From: Octopus sinensis
Lineage: Eukaryota
Direction: 5' to 3'
DNA length: 64,000 nucleotides
NCBI RefSeq assembly: GCF_006345805.1
Contig: NC_042998.1
Span: 10,974,001-11,038,000 of the forward strand
Part shown: one piece after another, positions 51,235 to 64,000 of the stretch
Numbering within the stretch: the first letter of the stretch is position 1
Layout of the letters: every line of letters begins with the position of its first letter
The notes under the pieces: model-generated
What the model was told of the DNA's origin: nothing
Seen by the model: only the letters and a program-made list of their open reading frames with translations
The model's database searches: none
Program-made: the position numbers and the translations under genes

Positions 51235-51638
51235 GGCGCAGGAGTGGCTGTGTGGTAAGTAGATTGCTAACCAACCACATGGTTCCGGCTTCAGTCCCAT
51301 TGCGTGGCACCTTGGGCAAGTGTCTTCTACTATAGCCCCGGGCCGACCAATGCCTTGTGAGTGGATTTGGTAGACGGAAACTGAAAGAAGGCTGTCGTAT
51401 ATATGTATATATATGTATGTATCTGTGTTTGTGTGTGTGTGTTGTCCCCCTAGCATTGCTTGACAACCGATGCTGGTTTGTTTATGTCCCCGTCACTTAG
51501 CGGTTCGGCAAAAAGATACCGATAGAATAAGTACTAAGTTTACAAAGAATAAGTCCCGGGGTCGATTTTCTCGACTAAAGGCGGTACTCCAGCATGGCCG
51601 CAGTCAAATGAATGAAACAAGTAAAAGAGTAAAGAGTA
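51235..51638 (+). mobile_element. SINE family A, full length
   Basis: Match to 14581-14998. Confidence 0.93.
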
Positions 51639-51901
51639 TACATATATGCACATACATACATATATATGAGTATATATATGCATGTATGTGTACACGACCT
51701 CACAAATCGTAAAGAGCATGAAATGCTAAATACAAAAACAACATGAAATACGAAGACAAACTTTGGTATTCGAACAACGAGAGAAACAAACGGAAAACAA
51801 GACAATTAACATAAAAAGCGACCCTTCACCAGTTGTCGGTTGTCCATCTACTCCTCATTTCGAGCAATCAACGACATATACATGTGTGCGTGTGTGTGTA
51901 T

Positions 51902-52019
51902 GTGAAATATAACGTGTCTTGAATGACACAGCAGTGCAGAGTGGACTATAATAACTGTTGTAACAATTGTTAAAGTTCACTCTGTCTTGTTATAACATTC
52001 AAGACACGTTATAATTCAC
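51902..52019. repeat. Imperfect hairpin (~24 bp outer arms plus an inner stem)
   Basis: GTGAAATATAACGTGTCTTGAATG / CATTCAAGACACGTTATAATTCAC; inner CAGAGTGGACT/AGTTCACTCTG. Confidence 0.8.
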
Positions 52020-52076
52020 AAACAATACTCAATGCTTCCAGCGAACTACAATACTCTCCTATCTATCTATCCATCC

Positions 52077-52157
<81 letters not shown>

Positions 52158-52246
52158 ATATATATATATATATCTCTCTCTCTCTCTCTTTCTCTGTCTC
52201 ACTCTCTGTCTCTCTGTCTCTCTGTCTCTCTCTCTCTCTCTCTCTG

Positions 52247-52279
<33 letters not shown>

Positions 52280-52303
<24 letters not shown>

Positions 52304-52667
52304 AACGGCAGTTTGTCTGTGCGTGTTTCTGTGTGTCTGTTTGCTTGTACTCTCACCCTGACCACGGCTTTCAACCGATTCTGATGAAACTTGACACACA
52401 CATAGCCCAATGTCATAATTCAAAACTAACGCAGCGAAAATTTTGAAAAGTTCCCCCAGTTCTGAAAAAAATCGATAAATTCGACATGGGGTCGAGAATC
52501 AGAAACACAAACCAGACTGTCTAGGGGGCGCAACTCGACCTTTTTAACTAAAAAAAAAATTTACCATCATTTTTTCTATTTTTTTGCTATTTTTTGGCTA
52601 TAACTCTCTAAAAATGCTTTATAGTTATTTCCCTTACAAACCCGAGCAACGCCGGGCGATACTGCTA

Positions 52668-52668
<1 letters not shown>
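52280..52668 (+). mobile_element. Non-autonomous Helitron
   Basis: Same 3' end as 32007-32399 (TTATTTCCCTTACAAACCCGAGCAACGCCGGGCGATACTGCTAG). 5' end TC(TA)nAAACGGCAG. Confidence 0.8.
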
Positions 52669-52701
<33 letters not shown>

Positions 52702-55179
52702 TTATATCGTATTGTTCTTTTCGTAGTCTATTATGAACAAGCTGCTGGTACATCACAATCGAAGCTTCAATAGACTATCGGATGTTGTTAAACTCCGCTG
52801 GTTGCAGCCCGTTTTCTCTCATTGTTTTGAATGATATCGTACAGTTGCTCGACATTCTCTGATAAACAAACAATCTGAAATTGTATAGGCGAGGAGAATA
52901 TTAAGTATATGTGGTCGATAATATTTACAACACTAGCGCCGCTTCTGATTCATATTTCAATTTATCTATACGCGTGCATCCCACGATGCATACCAGAAAA
53001 TGGTTTTTACACTATTTGTATGTAGTCATAGACTCGGGGTTTAGTTTGCTTTCAATTCGGCTCATGAACGTGATGTTGATAAGCCACAATAATGGCGAAA
53101 CATAGATATGCGGCGCTCCTGAGCGGAATTTGGGTCGAATTCTGTCCCTTGTTTATGACTTCAAGTATTTAACACCCGGCACTTTGAGGGAGTCATATCC
53201 ACTGCACTATATCTCAGCATACAAGCTAACAAGAAAAGCAAAATATACTTAGTATATGTAGTCGAATATATATTTATGCATACATATATATTTTTCTCCC
53301 TTTCTCTTATTCTTTTACCTCCTCTTCTCCCACTATTCTATCCTATTACTCTGTCACGCTCTCTCCCTCATTCCTCCTCTCTTACTCTCATGGAACTCAC
53401 GTAACCGTCGGCCATCTTTCTTCTTTTCTCCTAACTTGTGTTTCTTTCTCTCCGCCGTAGCTGAAACAAGGAAGACGTGTTCTTGTCTATCTCATGTCCA
53501 AGCTTGATTTACGCGTTCGCCACCACAACATCGTTTAGGCTTAGCATCCCTTCCTGTTTGTTTTCACTGTCCGTTTTGTGTTACCAATTCTGACCCTCCA
53601 CAAAATCCCAAAAAGATGAAGGGTCGTTTTTTTATGTTGTTTCTTTTGTTTTACATTTGTGCCTTTCATTGTTCGAAAAAATAGTTCATATTCCATGTAC
53701 TCGTACTTCGTATTTTTTGTTGTACACGTTTGATGAGGTCCTGTGGCCCCATATGCATATATATATATACAGGAATTCCTCTATTTGTAATTGTATGTGA
53801 AGAAAAGCTGAGCGTGAACGTAGATTCATGGATGAGAAAGAAGACGAAATATTTATAATATTAAGGACTGCTACTTGTCAAGAAAAGCAGTGGGGTGAGG
53901 GTGAACAACCCCGATGTTTAGAGAAATTAATTAAATAACTACTATTTTTCATTACTAAATACACATATTGAGATATTTCCAAATTATGGATATCAGTGTT
54001 AGGATGATTGTTTTAGTTCCACTAGATAAAAAAATATTAATGGCGTATACGCCATATATGTGCCTTTATAATTTACTATAGCTGTTCTCGTGTCCCAGAG
54101 AGTGTAGTAGATTTCCGTTACTTTCTATGTATAAAGATAGATTCTAAATTTTTCAATAAACTCTTGGAGTGAAGCTTTTTACAGTTTTTTTGATACATTG
54201 CGATTTAAGCGGTTTTAAATGGCTCTAAGATCAAGTCGTCAAGGGGTCGCTAACATAAGTGTTTCTGAAGCTTAACTAATTATATTTTACGTCATTTCAA
54301 ATCAAAGATTTTGGGTGCTGCAACAAAACTAATATGTAAGATCTTGCAGATTTTCTTTATTTTCTAATACAATATGGGCGTATAGAAAAATTTACAAATA
54401 ATCGCTGAAGGATTATTTTTAATCATCGGTCCCCTAAAAAATAGTAATATAATCTGTAAACTTATACAGTTCTAGATTTTGAGAAGCGTTAAAGAAAGAA
54501 TTTTAATGATGAAAGAAACTTAGTAAGTAATTAATTATAGTGTATTGGTGGAGCTAAAACTGCAATTAAACAGCAAATTACGAAGCTAATTAAGAGCCAA
54601 CAAAATGATTCAGTACAAATGAGAGTTGTTACATGAGATTGTTTTAAAACAAAATTAGTACATACGCCAAGAGGAAATCGAATAGTACTCTCAGTATTAT
54701 ATTAACACTGTCAAAGTGTACTCTTCACTGGGTTTCTATAAAAAAAAAATATCGCTATAAAGTAACCAAACTAAATTTTGTTTCCTTTTTTAAAGAGAAG
54801 TGCAACTTTTACACATTCTGGGTAATTTTCCTCAATTATTCTTTCACACACATACACCCACGTAAACAACACATAAACATATAGACTCATAATAACACCA
54901 CCCACACACACAAAGTAACACTATTTTAGATTGTTTATATGAAATTGCTTGAAATTGGGTTGGTGTGTGTTTCTATCAAGCAGCGCTAACACTGTAAGAC
55001 ACAAAAATTTACTGCAGCTCACGAATTTTACATTGCCTCTCTCTCTATTAATAATCAAAACATAGTCCGGTCAGATAAATTCGTTCTTTTTTCCCCATTA
55101 TTTTAGTTCTTATTTTTTATCAACACTTCCCACCTCTAAAAAAAGAAAAAGTGTAATAATATATTCCCTATTGTTCACG

Positions 55180-55620
55180 ACTTCTTGGCAGTGTTCCAGC
55201 CTTGATGGTAGAGATCACTCGCTTTTGACTCAAAGAATTCATTGTGCCACGTTTTCATCTCTGTGACTTTGTAGAACGAAACGCCTGGGAGACTGCTGGG
55301 CAGCGACCGAAAAAGGTGATAATTTGACGGCGCGATATCAGGAAAACATGGTTGATGCGGTTGAACTACCCAATCGAGCTACTGAATAGAAGTTTTGGTT
55401 AAATTAAGTATATGGTGGCTAGAGTTAGTCTCTTTTGTCCGGAACATGTAACATCGAGTTTTTGGGCCTTCCCTATCGAGTAAAAAGCAACAGTACCGCA
55501 AAGGCAATCCATCTGCTGATCCAATTCCCATTTCTATTCAGTTCTTTCAATAATAGCGCCTTCCCCGTACATTGCACAAATGTCTCGAGTGGCTTTTGAA
55601 AGGTTTGGAACCTTGATTGA
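55180..55620 (-). mobile_element. Highly decayed mariner remnant
   Basis: Minus-strand translation KATRDICAMYGEGAIIERT resembles the mariner N-terminal HTH region. Confidence 0.5.
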
Positions 55621-56046
55621 GGAGTAGGTGTCGAGTATGCTCGTCCTTTTTCCTACCTGAAACACCACCGTCGTGTCTGAAAAGTGGTTAAAAATTTATT
55701 CAAACTTCAAGAGCGATAAACAAAAAGAACAGAGATACAAAAACAAAAAAAATCATGGAATCCTACGCTAAAAATATTTTTCATATTAATTGAAATAACG
55801 CTGGAAAGAGTTAAGGTATTTCTCTGACAACCCAATATATATTTAATGCAGCATAAGTTGAATCATTGAGCGTTGAAATGTCTTTTCACAGCCATATAAA
55901 TGCCTCGCTAATGACAATGCATCCTATTAAATACTTAAGTATAGCCGTGTCTTACTATCTCAAAACCCAAGAATAGAAACTTATTTATGACACTCAGTTT
56001 TTATGTTGTCAGAAATCAAAAGTATTTACCACTGCCAATACTGCAC

Positions 56047-56095
<49 letters not shown>

Positions 56096-56194
56096 TAGTA
56101 GTAGTAGTAGAAGAAGTAGTAGTAGTAGTAGAGTAGTAGTAGTAGTAACAGCAGTAGTAGCGGTAGTGTTAGTAGTGGTAGTAGTAGTAGTAGT

Positions 56195-56275
<81 letters not shown>

Positions 56276-56360
56276 AAGTAGTAGTAGTAGAGTAGTAGTA
56301 GTAGTAGTAACAGCAGTAGTAGTGGTAGTGTTAGTAGTGGTAGTAGTAGTAGTAGTAGTA

Positions 56361-56415
<55 letters not shown>
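56047..56415. repeat. (AGT)n microsatellite with an internal 162 bp higher-order duplication
   Basis: Variant block AACAGCAGTAGTAG.GGTAGTGTTAGTAGTGG at 56147 and 56309. Confidence 0.93.
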
Positions 56416-56416
<1 letters not shown>

Positions 56417-56803
56417 TGGGAAATGTTTATACTAGATTCTAGTTCATTTCCTTCGGTTTATAATAAAAAGGCCAAAAAGTTTACATATTGTAATTCTAGA
56501 TGAGCGCATTAAAAGAAGATATTGTTCCTTCACATGTGAAAATTAGTTAAGGTCGTTCACCGAGAGAAATGCGGACATGTGCATCTGTATTTTATAAAAG
56601 ATATGGAGGGAATTAATGTATGTCATCAATTAGACCCCGTTTACAAAAATGTAAATTTGTACGCATCTATGCACCAAACTGCCTGGCCCCCTCATCAGAC
56701 CTCATACATCACTATCTTTATGTATGTATGTGCGTAGACACACACACAGCATATGCTTACACATTCATGCACATACCATACACACAAATGCATACATACA
56801 TAT

Positions 56804-56846
<43 letters not shown>

Positions 56847-56934
56847 ATTATATATATATATAATATATATAAATCTATGCATATATACATGCATGTATGT
56901 ACATACCTACATATACATGTATATATACATGCAT

Positions 56935-57120
56935 ATATGGGTACAGGACATAAAAAAAAAACGTGGAACACAATGAGAAACGAAAACATAAAAACAAAAA
57001 CATAGAAACGAACTATTTTTCAAACAAAGAAAAAAAAACCAGAGTAAAAGATATACAACACAAGGAATATTCCCCTTCTTCAGTTGTCCGTGTTTCATCT
57101 ACTCTGCGTTTCACCTCCGA
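56935..57120. repeat. Short (TA)n-associated dispersed repeat, related copies at ~51690-51880 and ~53600-53760(-)
   Basis: Shared GTACAGGAC, CCCTTC.TCAGTTGTC.G and CATCTACTC blocks. Confidence 0.6.
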
Positions 57121-57183
57121 AATATATATATATATATGTATATACATATATATACAGGGTAAAAATTATTATATCAATGCTTA

Positions 57184-57215
57184 ACTAGCTGGACCCGTGA
57201 AAAATCAACGGAAAA
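57184..57215 (-). mobile_element. Solo Helitron-like 3' end
   Basis: Minus strand: hairpin CCGTTGATTTTTCACGG then GTCCAGCTAG and T. Confidence 0.45.
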
Positions 57216-57550
57216 CATTAAAAATATAAGCATCTGTAAACAGCGTACTGGTGCCATGAGAAATGTCTGTATATTATGACCGTCTGTCTTTACGTTCTGA
57301 GTTCAAATTCTGCCTTTCGTCCTGGGTCTATCTAATTAACTAGCACCCCCACGCAAAATTTCAGGCCTAGAAAAGTATGTTGTAAAAGTTACAGAATATA
57401 GAAAGTAATGTAACACCAATGGCTATATAATCCAACCAAAATATCTCAGTTACACAAACGTAAACGGAATTACTATTTAACCTTGAAATACATCGTACAT
57501 ATTCAAAGAACCATCTTGGTTTAGTGGTACGGAACGTTTTTCTGGTATTC

Positions 57551-57788
57551 TTTTATTCTTTTACCTTTTTCATTTATTTGACGGTGGCCATGCTAGAGCA
57601 CCACCCTTTAGTGGAAGAAATTGACCCTTGAACTTATTCCCTGTAAGCCTAGTGCTTAGTCTATCAGCCTCTCCTGCTAAACAGCTAAATTACAGAGACG
57701 CAAATGCACCAAAATCGGTGTGAAGCAATGATGATGGTGGGACTCACAAACACACACATACATACATACACACATACATGATGGGCTT
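57551..57788 (-). mobile_element. Old SINE family A, 3' half
   Basis: Diverged match (TGACGGTGGCCATGCTAGAGCACCACC). Confidence 0.75.
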
Positions 57789-57882
57789 GGAGGTAGTGGT
57801 GATGCTGGCTGGTGCGATTTTGTGGTTTGCTGTTATGCCGAGTGAGATCCTGCGCACAATCATATACATACAAACATACACA

Positions 57883-58266
57883 GGCGCAGGAGTGGCTGTG
57901 TGGTAAGTAGCTTGCTAACAAACCACATGGTTCCGGGTTCAGTCACACTGCGTGGCATCTTGGGCAAGTGTCTTCTACCATAGCCCCGAGCCGACCAATG
58001 CCTTGTGAGTGGATTTGGTAGATGGAAACTGAAAGAAGCCCGTCGTATATATGTATATATATGTGTGTTTGTGTTTGTCCCCCTAGCATTGCTTGACAAT
58101 CGATGCTGGTGTGTTTACGTCCCCGTCATTTAGCGGTTCGGCAAAAGAGCCGATAGAATAAGTACTGGGCTTACAAAGAATAAGTTCCGGGGTCGATTTG
58201 CTCGACTAAAGGCGGTGCTCCAGCATGGCCGCAGTCAAATGATTGAAACAAGTAAAAGAAAAGAAA
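57883..58266 (+). mobile_element. SINE family A, full length
   Basis: Match to 14581-14998. Confidence 0.93.
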
Positions 58267-58392
58267 ATACAATCACACACATACACAAACACAGAGAGCG
58301 GCATAGAGACAGACAGAAAGACGGTAATTCTCAGACAGTCCACAACGAAGTTTTCACCTCTCTCTCTAACTTTTTCCCTCCCCCGCTCTCTC

Positions 58393-59620
58393 TTTTCTTA
58401 CCTGTTGCTTTGCCACTGAACGATCGGTACGCCAAGGGTGCCCTCTCTCCCCGCTTCTCTAAGTTTTGGCCCTAGAGCCATTGCTGAGGAAGTTGGAAGC
58501 TACGAAGGGCGCCCGCAAGATCTAGGGTGCGGAAAGTCAACTTCGGTGTATATGGACGACATCACCGTCATCGTATCCAGGGTCGAGCACCTACAGTGGG
58601 TAGGTGAGGCCTTAAGGGATTACGAAGCGGTGGAAGGAGCCAACTCGGCACCTGGAGGGACAAGTCGATGCCTTCCGACAGCGTCGTGGGACGTTGGACG
58701 GAAGGGCCAGTGAAAATGCTTGGAGTCTGGTTAGATCCAGATCTCCAGATAGAGAAGAATTGGAGCGAGGTGGCGAGCAAGGTAGCTCTTCTAACTCAGA
58801 CCTGGTCTGAGCAGAGGCTGTCCTTAAAAGGGAGGACAGAGGTTGCAGAGGTGTTTATTGCCTCTGTAATCACTTACCGCCTAACCGTCGTGCCTTGCCC
58901 CGATTCGTGGCTGAACAAGCTGGAACGCATGCTCTTTCGCTTTTTGTGGAGGGGCAGCAGACCCCCTGTAAGGCGGTCTATCAGCTGTTAAAAGTCACTG
59001 AAGTGTGGGCTAGTGATGCCATGGCTAAAAATGCGCAGACAAGCGCTCAGGCTTAGGCATCTCTGGCTTTACCTGGACGGTGAGCAGGTGTGGTCTCCGT
59101 TCGTCAAGCTGTTATTTCGACAGTTCACATCGTTTACCAAACTGAACCCATGGATCAAGTGCAGACCCAGGTTGGGCGTGTGGCATGCGGAATGCCATCA
59201 GGCACTCGTGCTTCTCTCCCAGTCGGGCAACGCCGGTGGCGGGGGTACTACCTCGTTCTTCTATAGAGGGTTAGTAGAGTTCAAGTGTAACGACGTTCTG
59301 GGAGAAACCCTAGGCTTCGACGTAGATCAACTGGCCAACCTGTTCCAAAGAACATTCGGGCCGGGGCCTATGGATAATTACCAAAAGTCCCTGGCCTGGC
59401 AATGTTAGAGAGGAGCTTTACCGGTTCGAGATAGGCCCTGTAGACATGGGTGTGCGCCTTCGCCAGATTGTGCAAGATGCGAGCAGGACAGTGAAACTGT
59501 CCTGCACGCGATTGTGCAATGCCTCAAGGTGAATGAACTCTGGGCTTATGTCAAACACCTGCTGTCGCATTCGTGAAGAGTACAACTGTCGTGCGAATCT
59601 GTAATTAAGCTCGTTCCGCT
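58393..59620 (+). mobile_element. Decayed Tx1/L1-clade LINE ORF2 fragment (RT C-terminus plus CCHC zinc knuckle)
   Basis: YMDDITVIVS, VKMLGVW, LSLKGR...FIASVITY, FRFLW, ALPVRDR...CARCEQDSETVLHAIVQC. GC-rich relative to its flanks. Confidence 0.88.
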
Positions 59621-59735
59621 TAATTAAATAATTACAAAAATAAAATGTTAGCGCATTAATATTATTGATGGTGATGATACCAGTGGTTAACAGGCGTAAT
59701 AAAAGTCAGTAGATAAATATTTTTATAATATAATA

Positions 59736-59940
59736 GTGTATAAGAGTGTATACACAGAGAGGAGACCACCATGCGAGTGAATAAAAATCTCAGTTAACTG
59801 AAATTTTTATTCATTCAAGTGTCCTACAAGTAGTGTGCAATGTAAGAACCTCTCTCTTGTTGTTTGGGTTTTGACTGCCCTCTCTAGCACATAAGGGATC
59901 CACATGGTGGTCTCCTCCCCGTGTATAAACTCTTGTTCAC
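59736..59940. mobile_element. MITE-like element with ~38 bp imperfect terminal inverted repeats
   Basis: GTGTATAAGAGTGTATACACAGAGAGGAGACCACCATG / CATGGTGGTCTCCTCCCCGTGTATAAACTCTTGTTCAC. Confidence 0.7.
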
Positions 59941-61599
59941 GCGCGCACGCACACATACACACATATACATATATACATGCACATATAAACATAACATACT
60001 TTATGCATTTGTATATGTGAACAGGCATATTTTTATATACTTCATCGTATCAATGATAGACGTAAATGTAAATATTTGTGTATGTAATCACACACATACA
60101 ACCACACGGACACATACACACAATAATACGCATATACGCACATATGTATGTATATATAAATATAATCTGGAAGTGTATAAATATCTACATGTATATATGC
60201 GTGTGTGTATATATATGTGTGTTTCTATAGGAATGTAAAGCTTATCAAAATAAGAATCTTCTCTCAGAAGCCTTTAACCTAATCCATCTGCAACCCTTGT
60301 AAGATGATAAATTCAACACTCGCTAGTTTTGATATTTCTGTAGATTGATTGTTTCCCGAAAAGCATCGCAGCAATTACTTGCAGAGCCTGATAATAGTAT
60401 CGCTTTTGTAGAGTGTAATTAGAACGGGTAAAATATGATGTATAAAAGATTTGAATAAATCGGATTTCGCCATAATTATAGAAATGTTATAAGCTGTTAA
60501 TCCAATTTCAGTCGACAGCTTACAAAACAACTGACAATATACTTTTCTACAAGGTAAGAACGTAATTAAAAACACTAATATTTTTTCTGTCCTTGTTTCA
60601 TTGTCAAATTTTCTCATTTCTTTCTGTTGTATTTCTTCCTATGTTGGCATTTTATTTATTTTTCAAATATATTCTCTTAGGTAGTAATGGATATGTTATT
60701 AATTAATTTAAATTTAATTTGTTTGAAATTTGGATTGGGAAAATTTTTGTCTTTCTAAATAGCGAACGCACTTATGCGAAATTTCTAAATTTAATAAGAA
60801 ATTCATATATAATTATAAATGCATATTAATATACACTAAACATGTCTAATTCTTTTTCATAATTTTCTCCTTGAAGTTTCTGTTATTAGAAGCTGTAGAC
60901 TCGAAGACAAATGTTCCTGCATTGTTATTTAGACAATAATAACTATGAAGAGTCACATGCTGTACTTCAGAAAAATATTGAATATTAATGCTGTCCCGTC
61001 TTTAGACTGAGTTTTCAAAAGATATATGAAGTGTTTCTACATCATTTTTTAAGACGCAAAACTTTCCAAGGCTATTTACATTTACGCCAATTATTATTCA
61101 TCCAAACCAGTGGAAAATCAGCGATTGACAGCGCAACTTCTTAAGCAACTGTCCCTCTATTTATTTTTGTTCTTCATCAAAATTAACCTAGTCATTTGAA
61201 AAGTGACTTTAGATCAAATACTCCCATCATCTGAGCAACGAACTGGGACAATAATAAATGTCTTTCTGTTTTCCATTCGAGATGATAATTTCTCTTAAGC
61301 CTGAATTTGCTTGAAGTCTTAAGAGGAACATTACGTCGTTATTAGATTTAAAATGCAGAGATGTTTAAGGAATGGTATCCTTTAGACTTACGTAATGACA
61401 ATACTTATAAATGATATTGTATGTCGGTTTGAAAGAGAATCATGCCTTATTTGGGGAACAAAATGTTGTGAGTTGTGACATGACGCGTCTCCAGAAATGT
61501 GATATAATCCATGTTTCCGATCGCGCCAAGAAGTGTTTAAAGTCTTTTATAATGCTTGTATTTGGAATGTGTTTTAGTTCTTTATTTGATCGCAAATGC

Positions 61600-62290
61600 A
61601 CAACTTTGAAAATTAGATATTCTTTATCGGTCATTAATCTAAGATGTTGACCTCCCTATTGATGATGGTATCCTTTTTGAGCTCGTAGAATACTTTCAGG
61701 TTAGCTGCAATACAGAGGATTTCTTTTTACGCTTCTGTCTTCTTAGCAGTTCTCGAGTTGCGTGACGTTATAAAATTCTGTGTGTTTTGCAAAATCCTCT
61801 GCTGACTGCTAAGGTGGTGTTCTCAGTTTAAAGTAAAAACAATTTATTATTTGTACCAATACATATTCTTATTATGTAGTTGGTGATGCCCGTGAAATAC
61901 ATTATATTCAAATGATGTTTGCAATAGCGTTCAGTTACATTTTGATTATGTAATCCACTCGCAATATTTCATCAGGAACAGGTTGTCCTACAGTTCAATC
62001 GAATGTCTTTTACAGATCATTCATTGGCGTAGAATATGCTTTTAGCACTCCTGTTGATATGAAGATTGTTCTTTCTTTCTGTAGTGTAGTGTAGATTGAA
62101 GAAGATTTTTCTCGTTAATTCGGCAATATCTATGTCGGTAATGGTATTGAAATTAAATACTGTGCTTTATCGTTTCGGAAGAAGTGGTCCTACGCATCTA
62201 GTTTAAAGTTAATAAACATTTAATTGTATCCATTAGCATGTAATCCTGATGCTGTGTTTATTAGATTGTCATCAGCGATTCGAAAGATGG
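61600..62290 (-). mobile_element. Possible very old RTE-like RT remnant
   Basis: Only RIADDNL (FADD-like) and a weak RGR.RLR-like motif are visible. Confidence 0.3.
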
Positions 62291-62359
62291 CTTCCTCTAG
62301 ACTCATCAGGTAAGAATAGAGTCTGGAGGAAGGGACAGAACCTATTACCCTCGCAGGAG

Positions 62360-62620
62360 CTCCGAGATTAGTGGAAATGATGCAGTCAATGTTCTGTTAA
62401 AACCGTTACAGGTTAACATCTACTGGAAAGACATGAGCTAGGAGGCGATTCCAGAGGAAGGGTGCTGTGAAGATGAAGGAACAGGCACAGTAGTCAGGGC
62501 AAGCAAAGTGGGGTTGAATACACCAAAGGCGATGAGAGGTGGAGAATCGAGTGGGTTGAGATACCTCAATTGTGGAAATAGAAGACCAACCAGTTCAATG
62601 GAGCAACAATTATTATTCGG
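62360..62620 (-). mobile_element. Old CR1/L2-group LINE 3' end
   Basis: Minus strand SFIFTAPFLWNRLLAHVFPVDVNL*RF resembles the SFF.R...LWN.LP..VFP...NL..FK terminus. Confidence 0.55.
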
Positions 62621-64000
62621 CCTTGATGTGTGGTTGTAGTAGCTAAGTATGCAAAAAATATCATGTTTGGAGAGACGTACATATTGAAGTTAAGTAAGAT
62701 AAGTGGATATGTTGACTCTGCAATGTTAAGATGCAACAGTGTTGCTATTGAATACCCTCTTATTTTATTTCTATCGTTTTTGTACCAGAATGCTTTATAT
62801 ACCGATGTCTTCAATGGTTATGGTGGTTAGTAGTATGTCGGTGTAGTTTAATGGGTGTTTCTTTCTCGACAAAGCGATTGATGGTGCTGGTGGTGGAACG
62901 ATTACCTACACTTCGCTTTCTATATCCTTTTTAACGTCTAGGTTGACATTTCATGTTCATATTTTTCTCTGTAACTAATTGCCATTTGAAGTATCTCTGC
63001 ACTGAATACATGATTTCGATATGTTACGAGGCATCTACTGTGGTATGGCAGGTTTAGCCCCATTGATATGCAATTAGGAATGTGTGTACTGTATTGCTTT
63101 TTATGCATCAGTGTCAATTTGTTTCAGGTATTATGGATGTAGCATGGTGAGGTTTATTATATTAAGGCACGTCGAAACTGTTTGTATTACATTGCACACC
63201 TTATTCAGCATGTGACATTTACACATAGTCCCATTTATTACTGAGCAGTCCGTGTACTAGGTGAGGCAAAGTAATTGGAACGGTATTGTAACAGAACATC
63301 AATTCTCATGACTTGAATTTTTTTTATTGTGGTTCAATGAGCTTTTTGTACTTTAGTTTGTGAGTTTATGTGTATGGTGCAAGATTTCTGTTATTGGGAT
63401 GATTCTAGAATTTTAATAATTTATTGTCTGTTTTCCCCAAAGAAGCCATCACTTCAAACATTGCATAATATATTTAAGAAGGAGCCATTTCTGTCAGGTA
63501 AAACGAATGTGGAGCTAGCTATTGGGAAAGTAGAGGGCTACGGCTTGGGATGAGAAGATGTGAAGGAAGATTTCTGTCTGACAAAGATTAGAGAAAGAAA
63601 AGCATTGGAAAGTTGAATTCATGATTCAAGTAAATTTAAATGTCTTACAGTTTCCTGAAAATAACATTTTCAGCGATTTTGAATGGTTCTAGCCTCAAAC
63701 CGTTTACTCTCTGATTGGAGAATAGAGTTGATATTTACCTTGCACTCTGGCGTCTATGTCATTAGGTGTCTAGTGTACAATAAGTAAATTAAAGGGCCTA
63801 TAAATATATGATTTTCAGATTACTCATACAGGCACTCTCACACACACACGCGCGTGTCTGCGTGTGTACTGAGTTATATTTCACAAATTTCTCTTTATAA
63901 AGTAAAAACTACCCAATTGATTAATGCCTCATAATTTGCATTTTTGTTTCGACTTAGTGCTTTCTTACTAACTGTTCTTGCCTGCGTGTTTACAGAAATA

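Noticed and set aside
52855-52895. CTCTGATAA...TGAAA HHR-like remnant
   Set aside because: Core mutated and no stems.
56935-57120. Possible hammerhead (CTGAAGA/GAAAC on the minus strand; similar at ~51760-51860 and ~53610-53680)
   Set aside because: I could not pair stems I-III convincingly in any of the three copies. It may be a decayed relative and needs a family consensus.

Overview
This is AT-rich eukaryotic genomic DNA with no supportable intact host gene, rRNA, tRNA gene or CRISPR array. The SINE families, dense (TA)n/(CA)n/(ACAT)n microsatellites and LINE content resemble an Octopus (coleoid cephalopod) intron or intergenic region, which is an inference. Most ORF-track entries are microsatellite translations. 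The recognisable coding remnants are all decayed transposable elements: LINE fragments (RTE/RTE-X, R4/Dong-like, CR1/L2-like, Tx1/L1-like), mariner remnants and non-autonomous Helitrons. The main signal the ORF track does not explain is about 15 type I hammerhead-ribozyme (HHR) folds, read by eye on both strands. They belong to about 10 distinct short non-coding element families of roughly 200-500 bp. These occur as more-than-one-unit direct repeats (periods 355, 458, 475 and 493 bp) and/or inverted duplications, usually inside (TA)n tracts and in two cases with target-site duplications. That architecture fits non-autonomous Penelope-like elements or non-LTR retrozymes, which may pass through circular RNA. 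All folds were paired manually and none was computed or tested.
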